Source: Anaerolineae bacterium (GTDB lineage Bacteria; Chloroflexota; Anaerolineae; UBA1429). From it: a DNA stretch of 64,000 nt. Of the stretch, positions 1 through 9,802 are shown one piece after another. A program made the translations under genes and the position numbers. The notes below the pieces were generated by a model. The model worked only from the letters and a program-made list of their open reading frames with translations. It made no database searches and had not been told where the DNA came from. How positions within the stretch are numbered: position 1 is the stretch's first letter; each line of letters opens with the position of its first letter. The stretch covers positions 2,720,001 to 2,784,000 of the forward strand of contig OY776562.1 of NCBI GenBank assembly GCA_963675785.1. Reading direction: 5' to 3'.

Positions 1-384
1 GTCTTTTTGTGTACCCATAACCTGGATGTTGCCCAAAAACTGTGTGACCGCATTGGTGTCATCGATCACGGTATTCTGCAAGCTGTAGGCACACCAAAAG
101 AACTAGCAAGCGAACTCTGGAGACAATGCCAGGTTGAACTTGTGCTGGGTAATGTAAACGACAGTCGTCTGGACGCGCTCAGAGAGGCCCCGTTCATGCT
201 GAATCTTGCAGTCCATGGCGACCAAGTCTCTGTCACTCTATCAGATGATGAAAAGATACCCGAATTGACCCGCTGGCTTGTACAAAACGAACTGGATGTT
301 TATTCAGTCACGCCACAACAGCACACACTCGAAGATATCTATTTCAAGATCCAGGGAAACGATGAGAGCGAGGCAGGCGAATGA
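1..384 (+). CDS. ABC transporter ATP-binding protein, C-terminal part (5' end outside window)
   Basis: H-loop/switch region 'LCTHNLDVAQKLCDRIGVIDHG' and C-terminal 'TLEDIYFKI' typical of ABC-2 exporter ATPases; stop overlaps permease start (ATGA). Confidence 0.9.
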   Translation, partial: VFLCTHNLDVAQKLCDRIGVIDHGILQAVGTPKELASELWRQCQVELVLGNVNDSRLDALREAPFMLNLAVHGDQVSVTLSDDEKIPELTRWLVQNELDVYSVTPQQHTLEDIYFKIQGNDESEAGE

Positions 385-1205
385 TGAAATTCGAATGGCG
401 CACCATCAAAGCAATCGCCCGCAAAGACCTTAGGCTAGCTCTGCAGAATAAGAACATTCTGGTGCCGACAATCCTCGTCCCCGCTATCATTCTAGTCATC
501 ATCCCCGCTATCATGGTTTCTGTGCCACGTTGGGCCTCGTTGGATGAAATGTCTTATGACGATATCGAGCCCTTTATTCGCATGATAACCGCTGCTGGGC
601 TAAACATCGACATGAGCGATTACGTTGAGGCTTGGATCATTGGGAGCGCAAGCTATATGTTTGCCCCCATGTTCCTCATTATTCCGCTTATGACTTCATC
701 AATCCTGGCATCAGACTCGTTCGTGGGAGAAAGGGAAAGACACACCATGGAGGGTCTGCTGTATACGCCGGTTAGCACGCGAGATTTGTTTATCGGCAAA
801 GTACTCTCGGCCTTTGTACCAGCCCTCATTATTGAGGCTGTCTCTTTTGTCGCCTATGCCGTCGTGGTCAACGCGGCGGGATACTATGCCATGCAGCGAA
901 TCTTTTTCCCGCCGACTTTTTGGTGGGTGCTGCTTCTGTGGCTTGGCCCTGGCGTATCTCTCTCCGGCATCGGTATCACGGTTATGATCTCTTCCAAAAC
1001 ACAGACCTTTGTAGAGGCCCAACAATGGAGCGGCATTCTTGTGCTGCCCATTGTGCTCGTCATGGTCGGCCAACTCGCTGGTGTATTTGTTTTGGGAACG
1101 GGCATCGTCTTTTTGATCGGCGCCATATTCTGGGCTGTAGGCATAGCCGCCACCTTGTACGGAGCCAAAACGTTTCACCGCTCCGAACTCATTAGCCAGG
1201 TATAG
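381..1205 (+). CDS. ABC-2 type exporter permease
   Basis: About 6 TM segments; 'SFVGERERHTMEGLLYTPVSTRDLFIGK' ABC-2 permease signature. Confidence 0.9.
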   Translation: MMKFEWRTIKAIARKDLRLALQNKNILVPTILVPAIILVIIPAIMVSVPRWASLDEMSYDDIEPFIRMITAAGLNIDMSDYVEAWIIGSASYMFAPMFLIIPLMTSSILASDSFVGERERHTMEGLLYTPVSTRDLFIGKVLSAFVPALIIEAVSFVAYAVVVNAAGYYAMQRIFFPPTFWWVLLLWLGPGVSLSGIGITVMISSKTQTFVEAQQWSGILVLPIVLVMVGQLAGVFVLGTGIVFLIGAIFWAVGIAATLYGAKTFHRSELISQV

Positions 1206-1220
1206 CCAAAGGAATGCTAT

Positions 1221-2231
1221 ATGCTCAGTAATCTGCATCAGCAAAAACGCTTTCTGAGGCAACGCGAGAGCAGTTACAATCGCAACGGCGGAAATCGCGA
1301 TTACATCGTCATCGAGGCTGGAACATCCTATGCGGCGCCTCAACTCCTAGGGGCAGGCATCATTCGCCATTTGTGGTTTACAGTGGTTCCTGGCTCTGAA
1401 GATGCCTACCGAAAATTAGTTTTGCAAATCACCTTTGATGAGGTTGGTGAACCTCAAGTCAACGTACCCCTTGCTGACTTGTTCATGTTCGGTCACGGCC
1501 ATCTCGTCGATATAAATAATGCTGCTGTGCAGGTGAGCCGCCAGCCCCATCTCACGGAGCCTCCCTACCGCGGATCGCTCAACTGTATGTTCCCCATGCC
1601 TTTTGAGCATTCAGCCAAGGTAGTGCTCACTAACCATTCAACTGTAGATGCCAACGTTTTTTACTATGTCGATTGGGAAGCACACGAGTTGTTAGAAGAA
1701 CCCGTGCTCTACTTTCATGCTACGTTGAATCAGGAACACACTACACCACCTATGAATCAGCCCGTGCAACCTCACGGCAACTTTGATGCCAACATCACAA
1801 ATCTGGGCTGGGATGAGAATTATTGCCTTTTGGATGCCCGAGGCTATCTGGGGCATTATGTGGGGACAAGTCTTTCCATCTACTGCCAACCGGGAGAATC
1901 AGGCAAGTGGTGGGAGGGTGATGATATGTTCATCATCGATGGCGAGCCATGGCCGCCCCGTTTACATGGTACCGGCACAGAGGATTATTTCAACCTCGCC
2001 TGGGGATTCAGAAAAGTAGATTGCCGCCCCGAGTACGGCGTGACTTATCTTGATAAAGGCCCCGGCGATACTAACCAAATAGACGGCAAGTTTTCCATGT
2101 ACCGTCTACATATCAGCGACTCAATACCTTTTAAAACGTCTTTGTTGGCGACACTAGAGCATGGCCATGCGAATGATTGCAGCGCCGAGTACCGGTCTGT
2201 CGCCTATTGGTATGGCAGAAAGCTAGTGTGA
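1221..2231 (+). CDS. DUF2961 / glycoside hydrolase family 172-like protein
   Basis: 'GIIRHLWFT', 'SLNCMFPMPF', 'WWEGDDMFIIDGE..LHGTGTEDYFN', 'EHGHAN' motifs; RBS AAGGA; no signal peptide. Confidence 0.85.
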   Translation: MLSNLHQQKRFLRQRESSYNRNGGNRDYIVIEAGTSYAAPQLLGAGIIRHLWFTVVPGSEDAYRKLVLQITFDEVGEPQVNVPLADLFMFGHGHLVDINNAAVQVSRQPHLTEPPYRGSLNCMFPMPFEHSAKVVLTNHSTVDANVFYYVDWEAHELLEEPVLYFHATLNQEHTTPPMNQPVQPHGNFDANITNLGWDENYCLLDARGYLGHYVGTSLSIYCQPGESGKWWEGDDMFIIDGEPWPPRLHGTGTEDYFNLAWGFRKVDCRPEYGVTYLDKGPGDTNQIDGKFSMYRLHISDSIPFKTSLLATLEHGHANDCSAEYRSVAYWYGRKLV

Positions 2232-2239
2232 GAACAGTC

Positions 2240-3628
2240 ATGTCATTGAATCAAACCCATCTGACCGAAACACTCTATGCACAATACCGGGCAAGGTTTC
2301 CCAAATCGGCTCAGGCCCATGAGCGTTCATTGAACAGCCTGGTCGACGGCGTAAGCCACACTGCCCGCCTGGTCGAGCCTTATCCTATTCGAATTGAAAA
2401 TGCTCGCGGTGCTATCGTCGAGGATATTGATGGGCACGAAATTGTCGATCTGTGGCAGGGCCACTATGCTAACATCATCGGTCATAACCCCGAGCCAGTA
2501 CGCCGCGCACTGATAGAGGCCCTTGAGGCAGGAAATGGCCTGCAAACAGGTCATGTGGAAGAAGCCCAGGCCACCTTTGCCGAAATGCTGCTCAAGGATA
2601 CCGGAGATGACCGTGTTAGGATGACAACCGCCGGTACTCTGGCCACTATGTATGCCATGATGCTGGCAAGGGGCTATACTGGACGCCAAATCGTAGTCAA
2701 GACCGCCGGTGGCTGGCACGGCGCCAGTCCGTCGGGCTTGCGCGGAGTACAGCGAAACCGCGATGGCTATAACCATACCGATTCGCAGGGCATTACAGCA
2801 CAAGATAATGAGACCACCCTGGTCATCGCTTTTAACGACAGCCAGGCGCTGATTGATCTGTTTGAAACACGGGGAAACGAGATCGCCTGCTTTATCTGCG
2901 AGCCTGTGCTGGGATCTGCAGGGTTTATCCCCGCCACCCGCGAATATCTTCAGACTGCACGCCAACTCACCGAGCGTTTTGGCTCACTCTTGATTTTGGA
3001 CGAGATCATCACTGGTTATCGCTATTGTTTGGGTGGCGTCCAGCAGATGTACAACGTAAAAGCCGACCTCACAACCTACGGCAAAGTCATCGGCGGGGGT
3101 ATGCCTATGGCAGCTATCACTGGTCGAGCGGATATTATGGATCTTATGAGCGTCAAGAGCCCCAGACGCGTTTGGGGTAGCGGCGGCACCTTCTCTGCTC
3201 ATCCTTCAAGCCTGATTGCTGGCACAGCCATGATCTCGTACCTTCATGAACACAAAGCTGAAGTCTACCCTGTATTGGCAAACACCACCGAAATACTGCG
3301 CAACCGCATCGAAGAGACTTTTGCCAGACACAACATTATCGCCAGATGCACGGGCCACAGTGATGGGCCACTCGATGGCTCACTCGTATCCGTATATTTT
3401 CCAAAAGAGGTGAATTGGGTGCCGTCGTCGGCAGAAGAGATGCTCAATCCGCTCTATTGCAATGCAGCCTTGCGCGAAAATCTGCTGCGCTTGGGCATGT
3501 TGATCAACGATGTAAACGTGGTACATGGCTTTGGCGCGCTTTCTACAACACACACTCTGCAGCATATCGACCGTATCGTTCAAGCTTATGATGCTTTTGC
3601 CCAAATGATCGAGGATCACACCGACTAG
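2240..3628 (+). CDS. Class III PLP aminotransferase (glutamate-1-semialdehyde aminomutase-like)
   Basis: 'LILDEIITGYR', PLP lysine in 'TTYGKVIGGGMP', 'GGTFSAHP'. Start is ATG 2240 or GTG 2228 (overlapping the upstream stop). Confidence 0.85.
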   Translation: MSLNQTHLTETLYAQYRARFPKSAQAHERSLNSLVDGVSHTARLVEPYPIRIENARGAIVEDIDGHEIVDLWQGHYANIIGHNPEPVRRALIEALEAGNGLQTGHVEEAQATFAEMLLKDTGDDRVRMTTAGTLATMYAMMLARGYTGRQIVVKTAGGWHGASPSGLRGVQRNRDGYNHTDSQGITAQDNETTLVIAFNDSQALIDLFETRGNEIACFICEPVLGSAGFIPATREYLQTARQLTERFGSLLILDEIITGYRYCLGGVQQMYNVKADLTTYGKVIGGGMPMAAITGRADIMDLMSVKSPRRVWGSGGTFSAHPSSLIAGTAMISYLHEHKAEVYPVLANTTEILRNRIEETFARHNIIARCTGHSDGPLDGSLVSVYFPKEVNWVPSSAEEMLNPLYCNAALRENLLRLGMLINDVNVVHGFGALSTTHTLQHIDRIVQAYDAFAQMIEDHTD

Positions 3629-3640
3629 TCGGAGAATACT

Positions 3641-4624
3641 ATGAGCGACGTAGAGAATCACGACGATAAAAAGAATGCCAAAAAAGATTTACTATGGGCC
3701 TTTATTGCCCTGGTAATTTTTATAGCGATCTGTCTGGCCGTGCTCATCTCTCATAATCCAACTGCTGGACGTTCTGTGCAGGCGGACGGGCTAGAGCTAA
3801 CGGTTTTGCACACCAACGACACTTTGGGGTACTTGACCGGCTGTGGTTGAGCGCACGACACCGGAGGAGTTGCCCGTCGGGCAACTTTAATTCAAGAGAC
3901 CCAGGCGACCTATACGAACACGCTCGTACTGGATGCAGGTAATTCACTGCTCTATGACACATCGCCTGCCACCACAACTTACGGTAGAACTAGCATCGAG
4001 GCTATGAACCTACTGGGATATGATGTTCTCAACCTAGGGCTGAGCGACATCACCTTTTTGACGCAAACCCAACTGGAAGCGCGTATCACTGAGGCAGAAT
4101 TCGCCGTCATCAGCGCTAACGCTTATTCACTTGCCACGGGCGATCTCATCACCGATCCCTATGTAGTTCTGGAGAGAGGTGGCTATAGCATCGGCATCAT
4201 CGGCCTCAGTGAGCCGGGAGATGGCGAGGAGATGGCGGCAAGCGATCCGGAAGAAGCCTTGGAAAGATGGTTGCCAGAAGTAGCCAAGCAAGCAGATATC
4301 GTCATCCTTCTTTCTCACACAGGTGTGGATACCGACGCTGCTCTGGGTGAAGAGTTCGAGGATATTGATCTCGTTGTGAGCGGCAGGAACAGAGTGCTGG
4401 ACGCTCCCATGACCCTTTCAACAGGAGCAGTGCTCATTCATGCTGACTATGCCAGTTCGGGAAGCGCTGGGGAACGCGTCGGCATTGCCCAGCTGAGTTT
4501 TTCGTCCAAGGGCGAGCTAGCTGATATCAGCTGGGAAAAAATCTTGCTGGATGAGGACGTGCCTGTTGATGAGGAAATGAGTGCCTGGGTCGACGAGGTA
4601 TTGGCAGATAGTAGCAATTACTAG
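3641..4624 (+). CDS. Membrane-anchored UshA-like (metallophosphoesterase-fold) selenoprotein, 327 aa, Sec at residue 70
   Basis: Track ORFs 3641..3850 and 4004..4624 are in the same frame, separated only by TGA 3848-3850. Readthrough gives HTNDTLGYLTGCG-U-AHDTGGVARRATLI...VLDAGN...AMNLLGYD, a continuous 5'-nucleotidase-type N-domain. SECIS-like hairpin follows. Confidence 0.85.
3866..3888 (+). promoter_or_regulatory. Bacterial SECIS-like hairpin
   Basis: GGAGTTGCCC-GTC-GGGCAACTTT: 8 Watson-Crick plus 2 G-U pairs; loop begins with G 26 nt after the in-frame UGA. Confidence 0.75.
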
Positions 4625-6018
4625 TAGGCGTTCTTTCTGTCGCGGAATATGCTAAAGACAGTGCGAAGAATGATCTTGATATCAAAGAGGATCGACCAGT
4701 TCTCGATGTAATACAGATCGTATTTGGTCCGTTCGATGATCGAAGTTTCGCCGCGCAGCCCATTGACCTGAGCCCATCCAGTCATACCACCCTTTTCCAT
4801 GTGGCGTTCCATGTATCGGGGAACCACCTGCTTGAACTGTTCTACAAAAACCGGCCTCTCTGGACGTGGCCCCACAAGGCTCATATCACCCATGAGTACA
4901 TTGATGAGCTGGGGTAGTTCATCCAGGGAGGTTTTGCGTAAAAAAGCCCCCAACCGCGTTTTTCTGGGGTCATCCTTGGTCGCCCACACTGGCCCCGTAT
5001 CCGATTCAGCCCCCACTCGCATAGAACGGAACTTGAGCATGCCAAAGGGCTTGCCATCCAGCCCCACACGCACCTGGGTATATAGAACCGAACCGGGCGA
5101 ATCAAGTTTGATAGCCAGTGCTATGGCAAAAAGCAGCGGAGAGATAACAACTAGGCCAGTAGCGCTAACGATGATATCCATGGCTCGCTTAACAGCCAAT
5201 TTCCAGCCATCCAAAGCAATATCCCGCACCATTAGCATAGGCAGGCCGTCCAAGTCTCCAATAGAAACCTGTGATGCCATAATCTGGAACATATCAGGCA
5301 AAATGCGTACCGAAGCCTTGGCAGCAGCGCAATCCGCAATCATATCCAAGAGATCGGCATGTGTCGGTTCCAGCAGAGCGATGATCACTTCGGTCACTTT
5401 TTGTTCCCGAATGATTCGCTCCAGGTCTTTGGGTGTGCCGAGCACAGGTACACCAGCTACATCCTTCAGTGTCGTATTCGCATCGACAAACCCCACGACC
5501 TCATAGCCAAGATGAGCAGACTGGATGGTCTTTTGTAGAATTACTCGGGCCAGTTCGCCAGTGCCCACAAGAATCAGTCGCTCGGGATGCCTACGGCGTA
5601 GCGTCGAGGCCAGTTTGGAAACCAACGCACGGTCGATGATGACAAAGATGATTGTCAGCGCCCAGGTATAGAGAATAATGCCACGGCTCACCAGTTGTAT
5701 ACCGCTAGAAACAAGCATACTCGCTGCTGTATCCACAACGGTAGCGACACTCACAGCAGAGACGACACTGGAAAAAAGATCAATACGAGATTGATTATGG
5801 TTGCGGTGATAAAGCTGTGTAAAGAAAAAAGTCACCACAACGACCATCACATGCACAATACCCAAAGCTATATAGCCGCTAAAAGATCCCAGCTTGATAG
5901 GCGTAGGAAGTGGAATAGCGAGGCGTAAAACATAGGCACCATAAAACGCTAGTGCTGCGGCAATAGAATCCGCCAGCACGGTTATTGCTGTAATCAAAGT
6001 ACGCTGTTGCTTGCTCAC
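4621..6018 (-). CDS. Undecaprenyl-phosphate glucose phosphotransferase (WcaJ/WbaP family)
   Basis: N-terminal TMs; 'KRAMDII', 'KFRSM', 'SLDELPQLINVLMGDMSLVGPRPE', 'GMTGWAQVNG'; GTG start behind GAGGTG. Confidence 0.92.
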   Translation of the reverse strand: MSKQQRTLITAITVLADSIAAALAFYGAYVLRLAIPLPTPIKLGSFSGYIALGIVHVMVVVVTFFFTQLYHRNHNQSRIDLFSSVVSAVSVATVVDTAASMLVSSGIQLVSRGIILYTWALTIIFVIIDRALVSKLASTLRRRHPERLILVGTGELARVILQKTIQSAHLGYEVVGFVDANTTLKDVAGVPVLGTPKDLERIIREQKVTEVIIALLEPTHADLLDMIADCAAAKASVRILPDMFQIMASQVSIGDLDGLPMLMVRDIALDGWKLAVKRAMDIIVSATGLVVISPLLFAIALAIKLDSPGSVLYTQVRVGLDGKPFGMLKFRSMRVGAESDTGPVWATKDDPRKTRLGAFLRKTSLDELPQLINVLMGDMSLVGPRPERPVFVEQFKQVVPRYMERHMEKGGMTGWAQVNGLRGETSIIERTKYDLYYIENWSILFDIKIILRTVFSIFRDRKNAY

Positions 6019-6025
6019 ATTCACC

Positions 6026-6940
6026 TCAGGCCGATGCAACGTGTTTGCGATCATCCGGACGCAGGGCATTTTGCGCCAGTGAAAAATGGTGCTTGAGCCA
6101 GATACCAGCATCGATAAGCCAATTCAAGAGAAAGAACGTTTGCTGGCGGTAATATTTGCGATGAAAGATGCGCATTGCCTCGTAAAAAGCGTCGATAGAT
6201 CTGGTGCTGCGCTTTGAACTGGCCGCCCCTTTGATGTGGGTCACAACAGTGCGGGGATAATACACAACGCGCCAACCAGCCTCTTTGATGCGATAACAGA
6301 GATCCAAGTCCTCACCGTACATAAAAAAGGCTTCATCAAGCAATCCCACATCCTGCAGGGCTTCCCGACGCATGAACATAAAAGCGCCAACCACTGAATC
6401 CACATCCACTTGCTCATCGACATCCAAAAACGACAGATTATAGCGAGCAAATATCTTACTCTGCGGGAACAAGCGATCCAGGTAGAGCATGTGAAAAGCT
6501 GATACCCTGGGCGTAGGAAAGCTGCGCCGACAAGCTTTGTCCAGGCTGCCATCAAGCCGTACTAGTTTAGGACCTACCACACCCACATCCGGGTTCGCCT
6601 CGGCAAACTCGAAAACGTGTTGCAGTGCATCGGGCGGCAGCAGCGTATCTGGGTTCAATAGCAGTGCGTAGCACGGGCTCTCAACAGCGTCATTCTCAAA
6701 GCCCATCGCGCGAAGGCCAATGTTATTGGCATAAGCATACCCGCCATTACGTTCTGCCGCAATGACCTGCACCCAGGGGTGCCGTTCCCGAACCATCTCA
6801 ATGCTGGCATCCGTAGAATGATTATCAACGACGACCACCCGCAACTCAAAACTGTATACACTGGCGGCCAACGTACAAAGGCAATCATCCAGTTCATCTT
6901 TTGTATTATAGTTTACTATAACGATTGCCAAGTCGGCCAT
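6026..6940 (-). CDS. Glycosyltransferase family 2 (WbbL/rhamnosyltransferase-like)
   Basis: 'IVIVNYN', 'VVDNHSTD', 'LLNPD', 'FFMYGEDLDLCYR'; RBS AGGAG. Confidence 0.9.
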   Translation of the reverse strand: MADLAIVIVNYNTKDELDDCLCTLAASVYSFELRVVVVDNHSTDASIEMVRERHPWVQVIAAERNGGYAYANNIGLRAMGFENDAVESPCYALLLNPDTLLPPDALQHVFEFAEANPDVGVVGPKLVRLDGSLDKACRRSFPTPRVSAFHMLYLDRLFPQSKIFARYNLSFLDVDEQVDVDSVVGAFMFMRREALQDVGLLDEAFFMYGEDLDLCYRIKEAGWRVVYYPRTVVTHIKGAASSKRSTRSIDAFYEAMRIFHRKYYRQQTFFLLNWLIDAGIWLKHHFSLAQNALRPDDRKHVASA

Positions 6941-6988
6941 CAAGTCTCCTGCTCTAGATTTCTCTCGGCCCGAACGGAATCAGATGCG

Positions 6989-7966
6989 CTAGAATCGTCT
7001 ACGAGCCCAAGGGCTCTTGGGCGCATTCCCCCGCAAACGCCACGCCAGACCTGCCGGATAACCGCACATCTTGGCGACATCGCCAATGATGCGCAAGCCG
7101 ATAGCGCCCAAGTAATCTACTATCCTCGCATCTTTTAAACCAGAAGCGAGCCGGCGCGTGGGTTCTAAGGATAAAAAGGCCAGAACTGACAGACATAGCA
7201 GCATCCAGCTAGGGCCGACTGTGAAGGTCAAAATCAACCCGGCAAGCAAAGCGCAGTAGGTGCCATATCGCAGCAGATGCCGAAATACGTAAAGGCCAGC
7301 CTTGCCATCTCCCCGGGCATAACGGTAATACTGCCGCCAAAAAGAGCGCACACTGAGCCTAGGCCGAAAATGAACCAATGCATTAGGTACAAATACAAAC
7401 TTGAGCCCAGCATCATAGAGGCTGAAATCAAAGATCAAATCTTCGCAGTAATCGAGCCATTCGGGATATCCGCCCACACTCTCCCACGCAGATCGGGTAA
7501 ATGCCACCGAACGCGATGAAGGGCAAAAATGGGCAGCATCAATCTCTTGCAGTGTCGGTAGTGTGATGGCCCCGAGCACAGCCTCAAAGCGCGTCTGCGG
7601 AGCCGCCATAAAAAAGCCGCTCACGATATCCGGAGGATTATCACTCTCAAAGGGAGCAGTGAGCGCCTCGATCCAATGAGGATCGAGGGAGACGCCAGCA
7701 TCCGTAACGGCCACGACCGCATAGGTGGCACTAGCAATGGCCTTGTTCCTCCCCTGAGCGATATTCAGCCCTGGTGCAGAGATTATCCGCAGCAGAAAAG
7801 GCAATTCAGGTATAAGACGCTGCATCAAAGCCACAGTTCCATCGGTCGAGCCTCCATCGACAATGACCATCTCATCAGGTAGCCTTGTCTGCTCGCTAAT
7901 GGATTTCAGCAGCGCCTGAATGGAACCTGCTTCATTGTAGACGGTTGCTACAAGGGATATTTGCAT
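6989..7966 (-). CDS. Glycosyltransferase family 2
   Basis: 'VIVDGGSTDGT', 'VTDAG', 'GGYPEWLDYCEDLIFD', 'RQYYRYARGDG'; C-terminal TMs; RBS GGAGG. Confidence 0.9.
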   Translation of the reverse strand: MQISLVATVYNEAGSIQALLKSISEQTRLPDEMVIVDGGSTDGTVALMQRLIPELPFLLRIISAPGLNIAQGRNKAIASATYAVVAVTDAGVSLDPHWIEALTAPFESDNPPDIVSGFFMAAPQTRFEAVLGAITLPTLQEIDAAHFCPSSRSVAFTRSAWESVGGYPEWLDYCEDLIFDFSLYDAGLKFVFVPNALVHFRPRLSVRSFWRQYYRYARGDGKAGLYVFRHLLRYGTYCALLAGLILTFTVGPSWMLLCLSVLAFLSLEPTRRLASGLKDARIVDYLGAIGLRIIGDVAKMCGYPAGLAWRLRGNAPKSPWARRRF

Positions 7967-8090
7967 CCTGCCTCCAGAGTTGAATTATACGAGCCCCTGC
8001 GCAGCCCGGCAAAGCAAACCGTTAAACAGGCGTTGTCTGAATGCACAGCGAATGCTATACTCCACACAACAGCTCTTTTGGGAGAAACCC

Positions 8091-9746
8091 ATGCCATCAT
8101 CCACATCCGAACAGATTATCGCCGGGAGATACCGAATCATCGAGACCCACCAAGTAGGGGGCGGCCTCGTTGTTTATCTCGCTCATGACGAATTGACCGG
8201 CAAGATGGTTCGTGTTCGTGAGTTGGTTGCCAGTGAGGTCACCGAATCCTTCTGGAATGAGACGCTCAAGGGCTGGCAAAAGAGCCTCAAGGTCTCACGG
8301 CAGTGCAGTAGTAGCGAGCATATCATCAAGTCGTTGACCATAGAGCAAAATCAACTCAACGGCAACATCTATCTCATCACCGAAAACATAACTGGCACTT
8401 GCCTGCCTGACCCTATAACTACCAAACCAGCCGATATCGAGCAGGTGTTGTTGGTGATGCGTTCCGCAGCAATGGCCATTCAGGACCTTGCCGAGGCTGG
8501 CATCACCCACCGCGATATCAAACCTGCCAATATCATCATTTGCGAGGACGGAATCCGGCTTGGTGGTCTGGATATCGCTCAGATAGCTTCAGATACAGCC
8601 ATATTGCAAGCCTCAGAAGCGCATCCGGGCACGCCAGCCTATAAATCGCCTGAACAGGCCATGTTCACTGGACTGCTCGACCAGCGTTCGGACATCTATG
8701 CCCTTGGCCTGGTCGCTTATGAGATGCTGACCGGTAGGCGTTACACGCAGGATCACCTCCCTGCTCATGTTCATCGGCCTGATATGCCCCGTCCGCTGAG
8801 TAATATTGTGATGCGCTGCCTGGAAAAAGACCCCGAAACGCGCTACCAAACGGCACAGACTCTCATCCATGACCTTGGCCAGGTAGAACAAGAAAGTGTG
8901 TCTGGTCAACTCAAGATTGCCGCTCGCCCGATTTCAGGCCCGCGTTTTTGGCAAACCTCGGCAATACTAGCCGTCGTCATTCTTGCTGCATTATTGATAC
9001 GCGCTAGCACAACCCGTGCCCTTTTGCCTCAAACTGGAGAGGGTACTCCTACATTAGCCAGTCAGGCGACGGCAGAGTCGACATCGGAGTCCGCGGGTAT
9101 CCAAACCGTCAACATAGAAAGCGGAGATGCCTTTGAACCTGATGAGACAGAACCTGCGCCTCTAGCGATTGGTGAACTACAGGCACATACCTTTTCCTAC
9201 AATGGCGATATTGACCGGGCTACCATTCAGGTTAACCAGGGGTGGACTTATACCATTGCGGCAAGCAACCTCTCTGCTGGTGTGGATACCGTCTTGGAAG
9301 TGTTGGTAGATGGCCAAAGCTATGTGAACGACAACAGCGTCGCCGACTCGCTGGCATCTCGCGTCGAATTTACTGCCATGAACAACAGTGTAGCTCTGAT
9401 CACTATCACCAACCTCGGCACCTATGGCGAGGAACAGGGTTATTATCTCAGTGCCCAACAGGTGGCCTCGGCCACAATAACCCCCAACTATACACAGGTA
9501 GGGACAACACCCAGCCGCACACCGCGCCCAACCTATACAGCGACACCTATCGCAACAGCTACCTCAACCACAGGCGCCACGCGCACACCAACGCGGACGA
9601 TAGCTCCCACCTCTACCAGAACACCGACGATCACCTCGACGCCCTCTGTAACGCCGACACCAAGCAACACGCCCACCGTTACAGCAACAGCCACGCCCTA
9701 CCGCACGCCGCTGCCCGCACGGACTGTCGGCCCCGTCCAAGAATAA
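8091..9746 (+). CDS. Hanks-type Ser/Thr kinase-fold membrane protein, probable pseudokinase, with extracellular domain and Thr/Pro-rich tail
   Basis: 'HRDIKPANII', 'GTPAYKSPEQ', 'DQRSDIYALG', 'RCLEKDPETRYQ'; one TM; RBS GGGAG. Beta-3 Lys and DFG are not conserved. Confidence 0.85.
   Translation: MPSSTSEQIIAGRYRIIETHQVGGGLVVYLAHDELTGKMVRVRELVASEVTESFWNETLKGWQKSLKVSRQCSSSEHIIKSLTIEQNQLNGNIYLITENITGTCLPDPITTKPADIEQVLLVMRSAAMAIQDLAEAGITHRDIKPANIIICEDGIRLGGLDIAQIASDTAILQASEAHPGTPAYKSPEQAMFTGLLDQRSDIYALGLVAYEMLTGRRYTQDHLPAHVHRPDMPRPLSNIVMRCLEKDPETRYQTAQTLIHDLGQVEQESVSGQLKIAARPISGPRFWQTSAILAVVILAALLIRASTTRALLPQTGEGTPTLASQATAESTSESAGIQTVNIESGDAFEPDETEPAPLAIGELQAHTFSYNGDIDRATIQVNQGWTYTIAASNLSAGVDTVLEVLVDGQSYVNDNSVADSLASRVEFTAMNNSVALITITNLGTYGEEQGYYLSAQQVASATITPNYTQVGTTPSRTPRPTYTATPIATATSTTGATRTPTRTIAPTSTRTPTITSTPSVTPTPSNTPTVTATATPYRTPLPARTVGPVQE
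9478..9722 (+). repeat. Low-complexity Thr/Pro-rich coding repeats
   Basis: Encodes TPSRTPRPTYTATPIATATSTT...TPTPSNTPTVTATATP. Confidence 0.7.
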
Positions 9747-9802
9747 TCTGGCTCGCAAATGAATTCTGGAATAGGCCTACCTTAACCTTACACTCCTACT
9801 AA

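Noticed and set aside
3641-3850. Separate 69-aa and 206-aa genes, or a nonsense pseudogene
   Set aside because: In-frame continuity of family motifs, the C-G-UGA context and the SECIS-like hairpin favour one selenoprotein.
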